A stretch of 64,000 bases of DNA from Escherichia coli (GCF_003019035.1 NZ_CP027447.1); one strand, 5' to 3'; numbered from the stretch's first letter, positions 1-9,910 are shown. Notes: generated by a model not told the origin, from the sequence alone. Numbers and translations: made by a program.

Positions 1-48
1 CGTAAACGCCTTATCCGCCCTACGGGGTAGTGCTGTTCGTATGAGGCG
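1..48. repeat. Partial REP-like (repetitive extragenic palindromic) element at window edge, 3' of fbaB
   Basis: GC-rich imperfect palindrome resembling E. coli REP units (..ACGCCTTATCCG..CCTACGG..) immediately downstream of the fbaB stop; truncated by window start. Confidence 0.45.
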
Positions 49-50
49 TA

Positions 51-1103
51 TCAGGCAATAGTAATTTTGCTATCGAGATAAACGTCCTGCACGGCGTTAA
101 TCAGTTTCACGCCGTCAGCCATCGATTTCTTGAACGCCTTACGTCCAAGAATCAGCCCCATTCCGCCAGCGCGTTTGTTGATAACCGCAGTACGCACTGC
201 ATCGCTGAGGTCAGTTTCACCGCCCGCAGCACCGCCGGAGTTTATCAACCCAGCCCGGCCCATATAGCAGTTAGCTAACTGATAACGCACCAGATCAATC
301 GGGTTTTCGCTGGTCAATTTGCTGTAGACGCGATCGTCGGTATAACCGTAATTAATCGCTTTATAGCCGCCGTTATTTTCCGCCATTTTTTGTTTAACGA
401 TATCTGCACCTATGGTCGCCGCCAGATGGTTTGCCTGACCGGTCAGGTCGGCGGAAACATGGTAATCAACGCCATCTTTCTTAAAGGCGGAGTTACGCAA
501 ATAGGCCCACAGCACTGTCACCATGCCCAGCTCGTGCGCACGTTCAAAAGCCGCAGAAATTTCTTCAATCTGGCGACGTGACTCTTCCGAGCCAAAATAG
601 ATAGTCGCCCCAACCGCCACCGCGCCCATATTGAACGCCTGCTCCACGCTGGCATACAGCGTTTGATCGTAGGTATTCGGGTAACTTAGCGTCTCGTTGT
701 GATTAAGTTTGACGAGGAATGGAATGCGATGCGCGTAACGCCGCGATACCGATGCCAGCACGCCGTAAGTTGACGCCACGCAGTTACAGCCCGCTTCGAT
801 CGCCAGTTCAACAATGTTTTTCGGGTCAAAGTAGAGCGGGTTAGCGGCAAATGAAGCTCCGGCAGAGTGCTCAACGCCCTGGTCAACCGGCAGAATAGAA
901 AGATATCCTGTGCCAGCCAGACGCCCGGTGTTGTACAACGTCTGCATATTACGTAACACCGCTGGCGGGCGATTATTGTCAATCATCACGCGGTCTACGT
1001 AGTCATGTCCGGGGAGATAAAGCTGGTCAGAAGGAATAGTCATACAACGGTGCTGTAAAAGGTTGTCGGCGTCTTTGCCAAGCAACTGCGCAATATCTGT
1101 CAT
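51..1103 (-). CDS. fbaB: Fructose-bisphosphate aldolase, class I (350 aa)
   Basis: ORF 51..1175(-); mature protein begins [20 protein letters not shown] as recalled for E. coli FbaB; internal ATG (1101-1103) chosen over the upstream in-frame ATG at 1175. Confidence 0.93.
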
Positions 1104-1359
1104 TACTATGCTCCCGTAAATTCCGATTGGATATCGGCTATGGATTGTCCTGGCCCGCCTTTTGCGGGCAATCATAATCCTGGTCGTTACGGGCGAGTTT
1201 TTCCATCTTTTGGATGTTTTTTCAGCGTTTTCTGTTGGCTCGATTCATCAGAAAAAATGTTACAGCGGTCAAGCTTTCACCGCAAAGGTATTTAAAAGGT
1301 ATTATTAAGTGGTATTGTCATCGCGTACCTTACATTACCTGTCATGAAGGAATTAAAAG

Positions 1360-2637
1360 ATGAAAACAACAGCAAAGCTGTCGTTCATGATGTTTGTTGA
1401 ATGGTTTATCTGGGGCGCGTGGTTTGTGCCATTGTGGTTGTGGTTAAGTAAAAGCGGTTTTAGTGCCGGAGAAATTGGCTGGTCGTATGCCTGTACCGCC
1501 ATTGCGGCGATCCTGTCGCCGATTCTGGTTGGCTCCATCACTGACCGCTTTTTCTCGGCACAGAAAGTGCTGGCGGTATTGATGTTCGCTGGTGCGGTGC
1601 TGATGTATTTCGCTGCGCAACAGACCACTTTTGCCGGCTTCTTCCCGTTACTGCTGGCCTACTCGCTAACCTATATGCCGACCATTGCGCTGACTAACAG
1701 TATCGCTTTTGCCAACGTGCCGGATGTGGAGCGTGATTTCCCGCGCATTCGTGTGATGGGCACTATCGGCTGGATTGCCTCTGGTCTGGCATGTGGATTC
1801 TTGCCGCAAATGCTGGGTTATGCCGATATCTCACCGACGAACATCCCGCTGCTGATTACCGCCGGAAGTTCTGCTCTGCTTGGTGTGTTTGCGTTTTTCC
1901 TGCCCGACACGCCACCAAAAAGCACCGGCAAAATGGATATTAAAGTCATGCTCGGCCTGGATGCGCTGATCCTGCTGCGCGATAAGAACTTCCTCGTCTT
2001 TTTCTTCTGTTCATTCCTGTTTGCGATGCCACTGGCGTTCTATTACATCTTTGCCAACGGTTATCTGACCGAAGTTGGCATGAAAAACGCCACTGGCTGG
2101 ATGACGCTCGGCCAGTTCTCTGAAATCTTCTTTATGCTGGCATTACCGTTTTTTACCAAACGCTTTGGTATCAAAAAGGTATTATTACTTGGTCTGGTCA
2201 CCGCTGCGATCCGCTATGGCTTCTTTATTTACGGTAGTGCGGATGAATATTTCACCTACGCGTTACTGTTCCTCGGCATTTTGCTGCACGGCGTAAGTTA
2301 CGATTTTTACTACGTTACCGCTTACATCTATGTCGATAAAAAAGCCCCCGTGCATATGCGTACCGCTGCGCAGGGGCTGATCACGCTCTGCTGCCAGGGC
2401 TTCGGCAGTTTGCTCGGCTATCGTCTTGGCGGTGTGATGATGGAAAAGATGTTCGCTTATCAGGAACCGGTAAACGGACTGACTTTCAACTGGGCCGGGA
2501 TGTGGACTTTCGGCGCGGTGATGATTGCCATTATCGCCGTGCTGTTCATGATTTTTTTCCGCGAATCCGACAACGAAATTACGGCTATCAAGGTCGATGA
2601 TCGCGATATTGCGTTGACACAAGGGGAAGTTAAATGA
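1360..2637 (+). CDS. yegT: Nucleoside:H+ symporter-family (NupG/XapB-like MFS) transporter, 425 aa
   Basis: Long hydrophobic polytopic ORF; GAAGGA RBS ~9 nt upstream of ATG; recalled as E. coli YegT. Confidence 0.9.
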   Translation: MKTTAKLSFMMFVEWFIWGAWFVPLWLWLSKSGFSAGEIGWSYACTAIAAILSPILVGSITDRFFSAQKVLAVLMFAGAVLMYFAAQQTTFAGFFPLLLAYSLTYMPTIALTNSIAFANVPDVERDFPRIRVMGTIGWIASGLACGFLPQMLGYADISPTNIPLLITAGSSALLGVFAFFLPDTPPKSTGKMDIKVMLGLDALILLRDKNFLVFFFCSFLFAMPLAFYYIFANGYLTEVGMKNATGWMTLGQFSEIFFMLALPFFTKRFGIKKVLLLGLVTAAIRYGFFIYGSADEYFTYALLFLGILLHGVSYDFYYVTAYIYVDKKAPVHMRTAAQGLITLCCQGFGSLLGYRLGGVMMEKMFAYQEPVNGLTFNWAGMWTFGAVMIAIIAVLFMIFFRESDNEITAIKVDDRDIALTQGEVK

Positions 2638-3638
2638 AAACAGAACGTATTCTCGGTGCTCTTTATGGGCAGGCGTTAGGGGATGCGATGGGGATGCCCT
2701 CCGAGCTTTGGCCGCGCAGTCGCGTCAAAGCACACTTTGGCTGGATTGACCGTTTTCTGCCTGGGCCAAAGGAGAATAACGCAGCCTGTTATTTTAACCG
2801 CGCCGAATTCACCGACGATACCTCGATGGCGCTGTGTCTGGCGGATGCGTTACTGGAACGTGAAGGCAAGATCGATCCGGATCTGATTGGGCGTAATATT
2901 CTCGACTGGGCGCTGCGTTTCGACGCCTTTAACAAAAACGTACTAGGTCCGACCTCGAAGATTGCGCTTAACGCCATTCGCGACGGTAAACCCGTTGCTG
3001 AACTGGAAAATAACGGCGTGACCAACGGCGCAGCGATGCGCGTCTCGCCATTAGGTTGTTTGCTTCCGGCGCGCGATATTGACTCTTTTATTGATGATGT
3101 GGCGCTGGCCTCCAGCCCGACACATAAATCCGATCTGGCGGTTGCGGGGGCGGTAGTCATCGCATGGGCGATTTCTCGTGCCATTGACGGAGAAAGCTGG
3201 TCAGCGATTGTTGATTCACTGCCTTCAATTGCGCGACATGCTCAACAAAAACGCATCACTACCTTCAGCGCCTCACTGGCAGCACGTCTGGAGATTGCGC
3301 TGAAAATTGTGCGCAATGCCGATGGCACCGAATCCGCCAGCGAACAGCTTTACCAGGTCGTTGGCGCAGGTACCAGCACTATTGAGTCCGTTCCGTGCGC
3401 CATTGCGCTGGTTGAACTGGCACAAACCGACCCGAACCGTTGCGCCGTCCTGTGCGCTAACCTTGGCGGCGACACAGACACCATCGGTGCTATGGCGACG
3501 GCAATTTGTGGCGCGTTGCATGGCGTTAACGCTATCGATCCTGCGTTAAAGGCGGAACTGGATGCAGTAAATCAGCTTGATTTCAACCGCTATGCCACGG
3601 CGCTGGCGAAATATCGTCAACAACGGGAGGCGGTATGA
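2634..3638 (+). CDS. yegU: ADP-ribosylglycohydrolase-family protein, 334 aa
   Basis: ATG overlaps yegT stop (ATGA, translational coupling); recalled as E. coli YegU (ADP-ribosylglycohydrolase family). Confidence 0.9.
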   Translation: MKTERILGALYGQALGDAMGMPSELWPRSRVKAHFGWIDRFLPGPKENNAACYFNRAEFTDDTSMALCLADALLEREGKIDPDLIGRNILDWALRFDAFNKNVLGPTSKIALNAIRDGKPVAELENNGVTNGAAMRVSPLGCLLPARDIDSFIDDVALASSPTHKSDLAVAGAVVIAWAISRAIDGESWSAIVDSLPSIARHAQQKRITTFSASLAARLEIALKIVRNADGTESASEQLYQVVGAGTSTIESVPCAIALVELAQTDPNRCAVLCANLGGDTDTIGAMATAICGALHGVNAIDPALKAELDAVNQLDFNRYATALAKYRQQREAV

Positions 3639-4600
3639 GCGGCGCGCGATTACACACGCTGCTGCCTGAATTAACCACGCGTCAGTCGGTGATGGTCGTC
3701 GGCGCGGCGGTCATTGACGTGATCGCCGACGCTTATGCCCTCCCCTGGCGTGGGTGCGATATCGAACTGAAACAGCAGAGCGTTAACGTTGGCGGCTGCG
3801 CACTGAATATTGCCGTGGCGTTAAAGCGCCTCGGCATCGAAGCGGGTAATGCCTTGCCGCTCGGTCAGGGCGTGTGGGCGGAGATTATTCGCAACCGGAT
3901 GGCAAAAGAGGGCTTAATCAGCCTGATCGATAACGCCGAAGGCGATAACGGCTGGTGTCTGGCGCTGGTTGAGCCGGATGGTGAACGCACGTTTATGTCG
4001 TTCAGCGGTGTGGAAAATCAATGGAATCGCCAATGGTTGGCGCGATTAACCGTTGCACCTGGCAGCCTGCTCTATTTTTCCGGTTATCAACTGGCCTCGC
4101 CCTGCGGCGAATTGTTAGTGGAATGGCTGGAAAAGCTGCAAGACGTGACGCCGTTTATCGATTTTGGCCCACGTATTGGCGATATCCCGGATGCATTACT
4201 GGCGCGGATCATGGCCTGTCGACCTTTAGTATCACTCAATCGTCAGGAGGCTGAGATTGCCGCCGAACGTTTTGCTTTATCCGCAGAGATAACAACACTT
4301 GGCAAGCAATGGCAGGAGAAATTTGCCGCGCCGTTGATCATTCGTCTCGATAAAGAGGGCGCATGGTATTTCAGCAACGACGCTTCTGGCTGCATTCCGG
4401 CATTTCCAACGCAAGTTGTAGACACCATTGGGGCGGGCGACAGTCATGCCGGCGGCGTACTTGCCGGGCTGGCCTCTGGTCTGCCACTGGCGGATGCCGT
4501 ATTACTGGGCAATGCAGTGGCGTCGTGGGTTGTCGGGCATCGGGGCGGTGATTGTGCGCCAACGCGCGAGGAACTACTCCTCGCACACAAAAACGTATAG
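3635..4600 (+). CDS. yegV: PfkB/ribokinase-family carbohydrate or nucleoside kinase, 321 aa
   Basis: ATGA overlap with yegU stop; C-terminal DTIGAGDSHAGG motif typical of PfkB kinases. Confidence 0.9.
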   Translation: MSGARLHTLLPELTTRQSVMVVGAAVIDVIADAYALPWRGCDIELKQQSVNVGGCALNIAVALKRLGIEAGNALPLGQGVWAEIIRNRMAKEGLISLIDNAEGDNGWCLALVEPDGERTFMSFSGVENQWNRQWLARLTVAPGSLLYFSGYQLASPCGELLVEWLEKLQDVTPFIDFGPRIGDIPDALLARIMACRPLVSLNRQEAEIAAERFALSAEITTLGKQWQEKFAAPLIIRLDKEGAWYFSNDASGCIPAFPTQVVDTIGAGDSHAGGVLAGLASGLPLADAVLLGNAVASWVVGHRGGDCAPTREELLLAHKNV

Positions 4601-5320
4601 ATCGCTGCGACAGTGGCTGATGCTGTACTCAATAGGCCGTTGCTGTTGGTCAAGCGCCACTTGCTTGATCACCAGCACCGGTATTTTGCTATCTAACTGA
4701 ATATGTGACTGAAACTCGGCATCCGGCATCCGGGCGCTAACGCGGGAACGCGTACGTTGTGGGTAAATGTGCTGGCTGCGGAAGTAGTCATAAAGAGAAA
4801 TCCCGATGGCATCAACATCATGAATTAAATGTGCCGGAACCCACGATTCCTCAATCGATACCGCTTCTTCATCGACATAGCGAATACGCTTAAGCAAAAA
4901 GACATCACTTCCCGCTTCGACCGCCAGCTGCTGCGCAACTTCTTCGGGACATTTCACGACACGCTTGTTAACCCATAGCGTATCGGGCTTTTTCCCGCGC
5001 AATACCACCTGCTGAGAAAAACCTCGCGCTTCTTTCAACGAGTATTCGAAGATGTTGTTGATCTGCGTACCGTAACCACGCGAACGCGTCACCACGCCCT
5101 CTTCTTCCAGCGCCTGCATCGCCTTGCGCACCGTAATGCGCGAAACGCCGGTTAACTGACTTAAATCACGCTCACCGGGCAAAATATTGCCATGCTCCAG
5201 CACCCCGCTGCGCACGGCATTTTTTACCGTTTCGGCAAACTTAATATAAAGCGGCGTGTTATCCGCCGCTAAAATACGTTCGTTCAGTTGGGCAATCAGC
5301 TGGGTATGCGCTTGTTCCAT
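4574..5320 (-). CDS. yegW: GntR-family (HutC-subfamily-like) transcriptional regulator, 248 aa
   Basis: N-terminal winged HTH (..LPGERDLSQLTGVSRITVRKAMQALEEEGVV..) plus C-terminal effector domain; 3' end overlaps the yegV 3' end by 27 nt (convergent). Confidence 0.9.
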   Translation of the reverse strand: MEQAHTQLIAQLNERILAADNTPLYIKFAETVKNAVRSGVLEHGNILPGERDLSQLTGVSRITVRKAMQALEEEGVVTRSRGYGTQINNIFEYSLKEARGFSQQVVLRGKKPDTLWVNKRVVKCPEEVAQQLAVEAGSDVFLLKRIRYVDEEAVSIEESWVPAHLIHDVDAIGISLYDYFRSQHIYPQRTRSRVSARMPDAEFQSHIQLDSKIPVLVIKQVALDQQQRPIEYSISHCRSDLYVFVCEE

Positions 5321-5371
5321 TTGTCTTTTTCCTGCCGGGGAGTCTGGTGGGAGTATATCACTGCTTCTTAT

Positions 5372-6190
5372 TTAAGGCGTTTCTTTAATCCCATCAACGA
5401 ATCCCTGCAACTCCTCCTCTGTGCCATTAAACACATTAAAATCCACCGGACCATTAATGCCATCTACCTGCCCACGGTCGGAATGCTGCCAGAAGCGCCA
5501 GGCCATGCCGTCATTGTCCGGACGACGTTGATAGTAGTGAGCCACCCACCACGGATATTCATTGAAATAGCCCGCCAGATTCGTGTGATAAAAAACGGCT
5601 CCTGAGTAAATAATCGGCTTTTTCCCCGTACTTTTTTCGACCATTTTTAGCCACTGACTTACCCGCTTGCGTAATTCTTTTGCCGATAATTTTCCCCGTT
5701 CTTCTACGTCCAGCACGGCAGGGAAATCGCCTTGTGAGAAATCCACCGTTTGCAGAAATAATCTCGCCTGAACTGAAGCGGATACCGACGGGGAAAAATA
5801 ATGATACGCCCCGCGCAGCAGGCCATTTTCGCGGCTTAGTTGCCAGTTACGCGAAAAATAGGGGTCCACCAGCTTTTCGCCTTCCGTCGCCTTAATAAAA
5901 GCAAACTGTAAGCGGATACCGTTGTCGCGCATTTTTGCCACCCGCTGCCAGTCGATCCGCTCCTGCCAGCGCGAAACATCTATTCCGTGAATGGTGTAAC
6001 TGGCAGGAATGCGAATAGCAAAAGATTTGACTGGACGATAACCGTAGAAGTGGATGTAGTCTTTAATCTGAATTGCTGTCGAGTAGAAAAAATTCACCGT
6101 CTGACGCGGATAAATTGCAACGATGGAAATTAGCCCAAGAGCGCATAATAAAGCGGTGAATTTTTTTCGACTGGTGATTCTCAGCTGCAT
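5372..6190 (-). CDS. yegX: Glycoside hydrolase family 25 (lysozyme-like) protein with N-terminal membrane anchor/signal
   Basis: ORF 5372..6199(-); GH25-like protein recalled as YegX (272 aa); start set at ATG 6188-6190, alternative in-frame ATG at 6197-6199 gives 275 aa. Confidence 0.85.
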   Translation of the reverse strand: MQLRITSRKKFTALLCALGLISIVAIYPRQTVNFFYSTAIQIKDYIHFYGYRPVKSFAIRIPASYTIHGIDVSRWQERIDWQRVAKMRDNGIRLQFAFIKATEGEKLVDPYFSRNWQLSRENGLLRGAYHYFSPSVSASVQARLFLQTVDFSQGDFPAVLDVEERGKLSAKELRKRVSQWLKMVEKSTGKKPIIYSGAVFYHTNLAGYFNEYPWWVAHYYQRRPDNDGMAWRFWQHSDRGQVDGINGPVDFNVFNGTEEELQGFVDGIKETP

Positions 6191-6254
6191 TGGTTTCATC
6201 CCTGAATGTCAGCGCCAAAGACTGACAATAACCAAAGCAGCTATAGTAAGGTGC

Positions 6255-7055
6255 TCACCACCACGCGTGGAAGTGGTGAACCGGACCAATACCGTGACCA
6301 ACTTCCAGCGTGTCGGCCTGGGCTAACGCCGATGAAAGCCAGCTTTTTGCCTCCTGTACGGTGTCAGCCCAGTTTGTATGGCGCGGGCGTAGTGCAGCCA
6401 ACGCCGCAGAGAGCGTACAACCAGTGCCGTGGGTGTTTTTGGTCATAATGCGCGGTGCAGTAAATCGTTGTTCCCCCTCACGAGTAAACAGCCAGTCCGG
6501 GCTTTGCTCATCATCCAGATGACCACCTTTCATTAGCACTGCGCCACAGCCCATCGCCAACAGCGATCGCCCTTGTTCCAGCATTTCCTGTTCGGTGCGC
6601 GCGTGTGGCGCGTCGAGCAAGGCGGCTGCTTCGGGCAAGTTTGGCGTTATTAATGAAACATGTGGCAATAATCGACTGCGTAGCGTGGCAACTGCCGAAG
6701 GTGAAAGCAGCGGGTCGCCGCTTTTTGCCAGCATAACGGTGTCGAGTACCACGTTTTGGATCTGATAACGTTGCAACCGTTCTGCCACCGCTTCAACAAT
6801 ATCGGTTTCCGCCAGCATACCGATTTTAGTGGTATCGATTCGCACATCGCTGAACACCGAATCGAGCTGGGCGGCGACAAAATCAGGCTCAATGCGATAC
6901 ACCAACTGTACGCCACGGGTATTTTGCGCCACCAGTGCAGTAATCACTGAGCAACCATAAGCGCCAAGTGCCGAGAAGGTTTTAAGATCGGCCTGAATCC
7001 CCGCACCACCACTCGGATCAGTACCGGCAATCGTCAGAGCGTTAATTCGTTTCAT
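6255..7055 (-). CDS. thiD: Hydroxymethylpyrimidine / phosphomethylpyrimidine kinase, 266 aa
   Basis: Ribokinase-fold protein ([25 protein letters not shown]..); start ATG overlaps thiM stop (ATGA); recalled as ThiD. Confidence 0.95.
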   Translation of the reverse strand: MKRINALTIAGTDPSGGAGIQADLKTFSALGAYGCSVITALVAQNTRGVQLVYRIEPDFVAAQLDSVFSDVRIDTTKIGMLAETDIVEAVAERLQRYQIQNVVLDTVMLAKSGDPLLSPSAVATLRSRLLPHVSLITPNLPEAAALLDAPHARTEQEMLEQGRSLLAMGCGAVLMKGGHLDDEQSPDWLFTREGEQRFTAPRIMTKNTHGTGCTLSAALAALRPRHTNWADTVQEAKSWLSSALAQADTLEVGHGIGPVHHFHAWW

Positions 7056-7840
7056 GCCTGCACCTCCTGCGTCAATTGCCAGAGCGCATCAAGGAAATGT
7101 GGAACAAAACTGCCTGGCCCCTCGCTTCTGGCGACTGCGCGTTCTCCAGCTTGTTTCATCCAGTGACAGGCAAATGCGATATTTTCCAGCGTATCGCCTG
7201 GTAGCGCACAACAGGCAGCGACAACCGCCGATAGTGCACAGCCAGTTCCTACCACTTTGGTCATTAACGGATCGCCACCGTGAATGCCAATGATACGATG
7301 TCCATCGGTAACATAATCCACCTCGCCAGTGACCACGACAATTGCGCCAGTTTCCCGTGCCAGTGTTTGTGCAGCAGGTATCGCGTTAGCTGCGGCATCA
7401 GTGGTATCCACTCCCCGTCCACCATTAGCAACGCCAGCTAATGCCATGATTTCCGAAGCATTACCACGTATGGCGGTTGGCTTATGGGACAGAAGTTCCA
7501 CACAAAAACGGCGGCGATAATCGAGCGCACCAACCGCAACCGGATCAAGCGTCCAGGGCATTTGTGATCGTGTTGCTTGCTCAACGGCAGCACTCATCGC
7601 TTGCGCTCGTGGCTGCGTCAGCGTGCCAACGTTAATCAACAAGGCACTGGCGATAGCCGCAAACTGACTGGCCTCTTCGGTTTCGATAACCATTGCTGGC
7701 GATGCACCGAGCGCCAGCAAGGTATTGGCAGTAAAGGTTTGCACCACATCGTTGGTCATACAGTGCACAAGAGGGGAATGTTGGTGAAAAAGGTGTAACG
7801 CGTGCGCAGATTGCGCTGAACTCAGCAGGTCGACTTGCAT
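7052..7840 (-). CDS. thiM: Hydroxyethylthiazole kinase, 262 aa
   Basis: 262-aa ORF with AGGAG RBS; preceded by a canonical TPP riboswitch; recalled as ThiM. Confidence 0.95.
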   Translation of the reverse strand: MQVDLLSSAQSAHALHLFHQHSPLVHCMTNDVVQTFTANTLLALGASPAMVIETEEASQFAAIASALLINVGTLTQPRAQAMSAAVEQATRSQMPWTLDPVAVGALDYRRRFCVELLSHKPTAIRGNASEIMALAGVANGGRGVDTTDAAANAIPAAQTLARETGAIVVVTGEVDYVTDGHRIIGIHGGDPLMTKVVGTGCALSAVVAACCALPGDTLENIAFACHWMKQAGERAVARSEGPGSFVPHFLDALWQLTQEVQA

Positions 7841-7975
7841 AGTTTGCTCCTGCCATAACGTGAAGAAGCAATGACCTGGTGGTCCGTGACTTCCCTACGC
7901 TGGCATTATCCAGATCAGGTGATACGGGTATTTCTCAGCCTTTACGCAGAAGGGCACCCCGAGTCGTTTGGTTGC
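7841..7975 (-). promoter_or_regulatory. thiM 5' leader containing TPP (THI-box) riboswitch
   Basis: Minus-strand leader reads ..GGGGUGCCCUUCUGCGU.AAGGCUGAGAAAUACCCGUAUCACCUGAUCUGGAUAAUGCCAGCGUAGGGAAGUCACGGACCACCAGGUCAUUGCUUCUUCACGUUAUGGCAGGAGCAAACUAUG, the well-known thiM TPP aptamer with CUGAGA box and SD-sequestering expression platform. Confidence 0.9.
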
Positions 7976-8062
7976 GATAATAAATCGCAGAGGAGGATGG
8001 TAATGTCCAGCGCACGCGTTGTAAACGGGGAAAAACGGCGGTATTACAATAACGTTGTGAAA

Positions 8063-8335
8063 TTATTTGATATAAGAATCCAGCACCTTCAGAACGACAT
8101 CCAGATCTTCTTCACGTTTTAGCTCATCCCCCTGGTGAACGATGTGTTCCGTCAGATGGCCTTTAATCACTTCCCGCATCAGACCGTTTACCGCGCCACG
8201 GATAGCAGCAATCTGTTGTAAAACTGCAGCGCATTCATGCGGTTCGTCGAGCATTTTCTTGAGCGCCACGACCTGGCCCTGAATCTTACTGGCACGCGCT
8301 TTCAGTTTCTGTTTATCACGGATGGTATGAGACAT
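8063..8335 (-). CDS. rcnR: Ni(II)/Co(II)-responsive transcriptional repressor (CsoR/RcnR family), 90 aa
   Basis: 90-aa all-helical ORF divergent from rcnA; recalled as RcnR. Confidence 0.93.
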
Positions 8336-8383
8336 GGCAACACCTGGTTAACAAGAATATGAAAAATCATAGCACTATTAATC

Positions 8384-8418
8384 TACTGGGGGGTAGTATC
8401 AGGTACTGGGGGGGAGTA
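8384..8418. promoter_or_regulatory. Two tandem RcnR operator sites (TACT-G6/7-N-AGTA) in the rcnR-rcnA divergent promoter region
   Basis: TACTGGGGGGTAGTA (8384-8398) and TACTGGGGGGGAGTA (8404-8418): G-tract flanked by TACT/AGTA inverted repeat, matching the described RcnR recognition motif. Confidence 0.8.
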
Positions 8419-8455
8419 GAATCAGATTGCCGAATTAATACTAAGAATTATTATC

Positions 8456-9280
8456 ATGACCGAATTTACAACACTTCTTCAGCAAGGAAACGCCTGGTTC
8501 TTCATCCCCAGCGCCATCTTACTTGGTGCGCTTCATGGCCTGGAACCGGGGCACTCAAAAACGATGATGGCGGCGTTTATCATCGCCATCAAAGGCACCA
8601 TTAAACAGGCGGTGATGCTCGGACTGGCAGCAACCATTTCGCATACCGCAGTGGTCTGGTTAATTGCCTTTGGCGGGATGGTGATCAGCAAACGCTTTAC
8701 TGCTCAATCAGCAGAACCGTGGCTCCAGTTGATTTCCGCAGTGATCATTATTAGCACCGCGTTCTGGATGTTCTGGCGTACCTGGCGCGGCGAACGCAAC
8801 TGGCTGGAGAATATGCACGAGCATGATCATGAGCATCATCACCACGATCACGAAGATCACCACGACCATGGACATCATCACCATCACGAACATGGCGAGT
8901 ATCAGGATGCCCATGCACGAGCCCATGCCAATGACATTAAACGACGCTTTGATGGTAGAGAGGTCACCAACTGGCAAATTTTGCTATTTGGCTTAACCGG
9001 TGGCCTTATCCCCTGCCCGGCAGCAATTACCGTGCTGTTGATTTGCATTCAGTTGAAAGCCCTGACACTGGGCGCAACACTGGTCGTCAGTTTCAGCCTC
9101 GGCCTGGCGTTAACGCTTGTCACCGTAGGCGTTGGCGCAGCAATCAGCGTTCAGCAGGTCGCAAAACGCTGGAGCGGATTTAACACTCTCGCTAAACGCG
9201 CTCCCTATTTTTCCAGTCTGTTGATTGGCTTAGTTGGTGTGTATATGGGCGTACATGGCTTCATGGGCATAATGCGATAA
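8456..9280 (+). CDS. rcnA: Nickel/cobalt efflux membrane protein with His-rich cytoplasmic loop, 274 aa
   Basis: Polytopic membrane ORF with central His-rich segment (HEHDHEHHHHDHEDHHDHGHHHHHEHG) encoded by CAT/CAC-rich DNA ~8820-8900. Confidence 0.95.
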   Translation: MTEFTTLLQQGNAWFFIPSAILLGALHGLEPGHSKTMMAAFIIAIKGTIKQAVMLGLAATISHTAVVWLIAFGGMVISKRFTAQSAEPWLQLISAVIIISTAFWMFWRTWRGERNWLENMHEHDHEHHHHDHEDHHDHGHHHHHEHGEYQDAHARAHANDIKRRFDGREVTNWQILLFGLTGGLIPCPAAITVLLICIQLKALTLGATLVVSFSLGLALTLVTVGVGAAISVQQVAKRWSGFNTLAKRAPYFSSLLIGLVGVYMGVHGFMGIMR

Positions 9281-9490
9281 CTCAATCCTTTAGGCTTGCA
9301 TGTTATCTTCAGGATTCTTAAATCAGCTATTTCCGCTGACTCTCTGCTCGCTAAGGATGCTTTTAGGGCATCCTTTCATTTACACTTTTTACGAAATCAT
9401 GGGATCACTAACAAAATATCGCTTGTCAGTTATATTGTATGGCAGGAAAGATATGCGACTGATATTACAGATCCCCAAAGTGGAGAGTTT

Positions 9491-9829
9491 ATGACCATTA
9501 AAAATAAGATGTTGCTGGGTGCGCTTTTGCTGGTTACCAGTGCCGCCTGGGCCGCACCAGCCACCGCGGGTTCGACCAATACCTCGGGAATTTCTAAGTA
9601 TGAGTTAAGCAGTTTCATTGCTGACTTTAAGCATTTCAAACCAGGTGACACCGTACCAGAAATGTACCGTACCGATGAGTACAACATTAAGCAGTGGCAG
9701 TTACGTAACCTGCCCGCGCCTGATGCCGGGACGCACTGGACCTATATGGGTGGCGCGTACGTGTTGATCAGCGACACCGACGGTAAAATCATTAAAGCCT
9801 ACGACGGTGAGATTTTTTATCATCGCTAA
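9491..9829 (+). CDS. rcnB: Periplasmic Ni/Co homeostasis protein (112 aa, signal peptide)
   Basis: ORF-track entry 9296..9829 is an N-terminal extension; real start ATG 9491 preceded by GTGGAGAG RBS; product MTIKNKMLLGALLLVTSAAWA.. has a signal peptide; recalled as RcnB/YohN. Confidence 0.9.
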   Translation: MTIKNKMLLGALLLVTSAAWAAPATAGSTNTSGISKYELSSFIADFKHFKPGDTVPEMYRTDEYNIKQWQLRNLPAPDAGTHWTYMGGAYVLISDTDGKIIKAYDGEIFYHR

Positions 9830-9855
9830 AAAAAGCCCCCTCGGAGAGAGGGGGA
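9830..9855. terminator. GC-rich hairpin (CCCCCTC-GGAGA-GAGGGGG) between convergent rcnB and yehA; likely rho-independent terminator, strongest for the minus-strand (yeh) transcript
   Basis: 7-bp G/C stem 9836-9842 / 9848-9854 with 5-nt loop; A-tract on plus strand 5' side gives U-tract after the hairpin on the minus strand. Confidence 0.6.
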
Positions 9856-9910
9856 AATGCAAACACCTTGTTATTTTTTATTATTAGCCACTTGCTCGTC
9901 TTGCTTATTA

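Noticed and set aside
8820-8900. CAT/CAC-rich repetitive DNA, considered as a simple-sequence repeat or CRISPR-like array
   Set aside because: It is in frame within rcnA and encodes the His-rich metal-binding loop; no spacer/repeat periodicity.
9296-9490. 5' extension of rcnB in the ORF track (177 aa instead of 112 aa); same issue for fbaB, yehB, metG, yehL, yehM, yehP, yehR, yehS, btsR, btsS, bglX, dld, pbpG, yohC, yohD, yohF, mdtQ, dusC, yohJ, preA
   Set aside because: The track takes the most upstream in-frame ATG/GTG/TTG; internal starts give proper signal peptides or known N-termini, have RBSs, and avoid overlap with upstream genes or regulatory sites.
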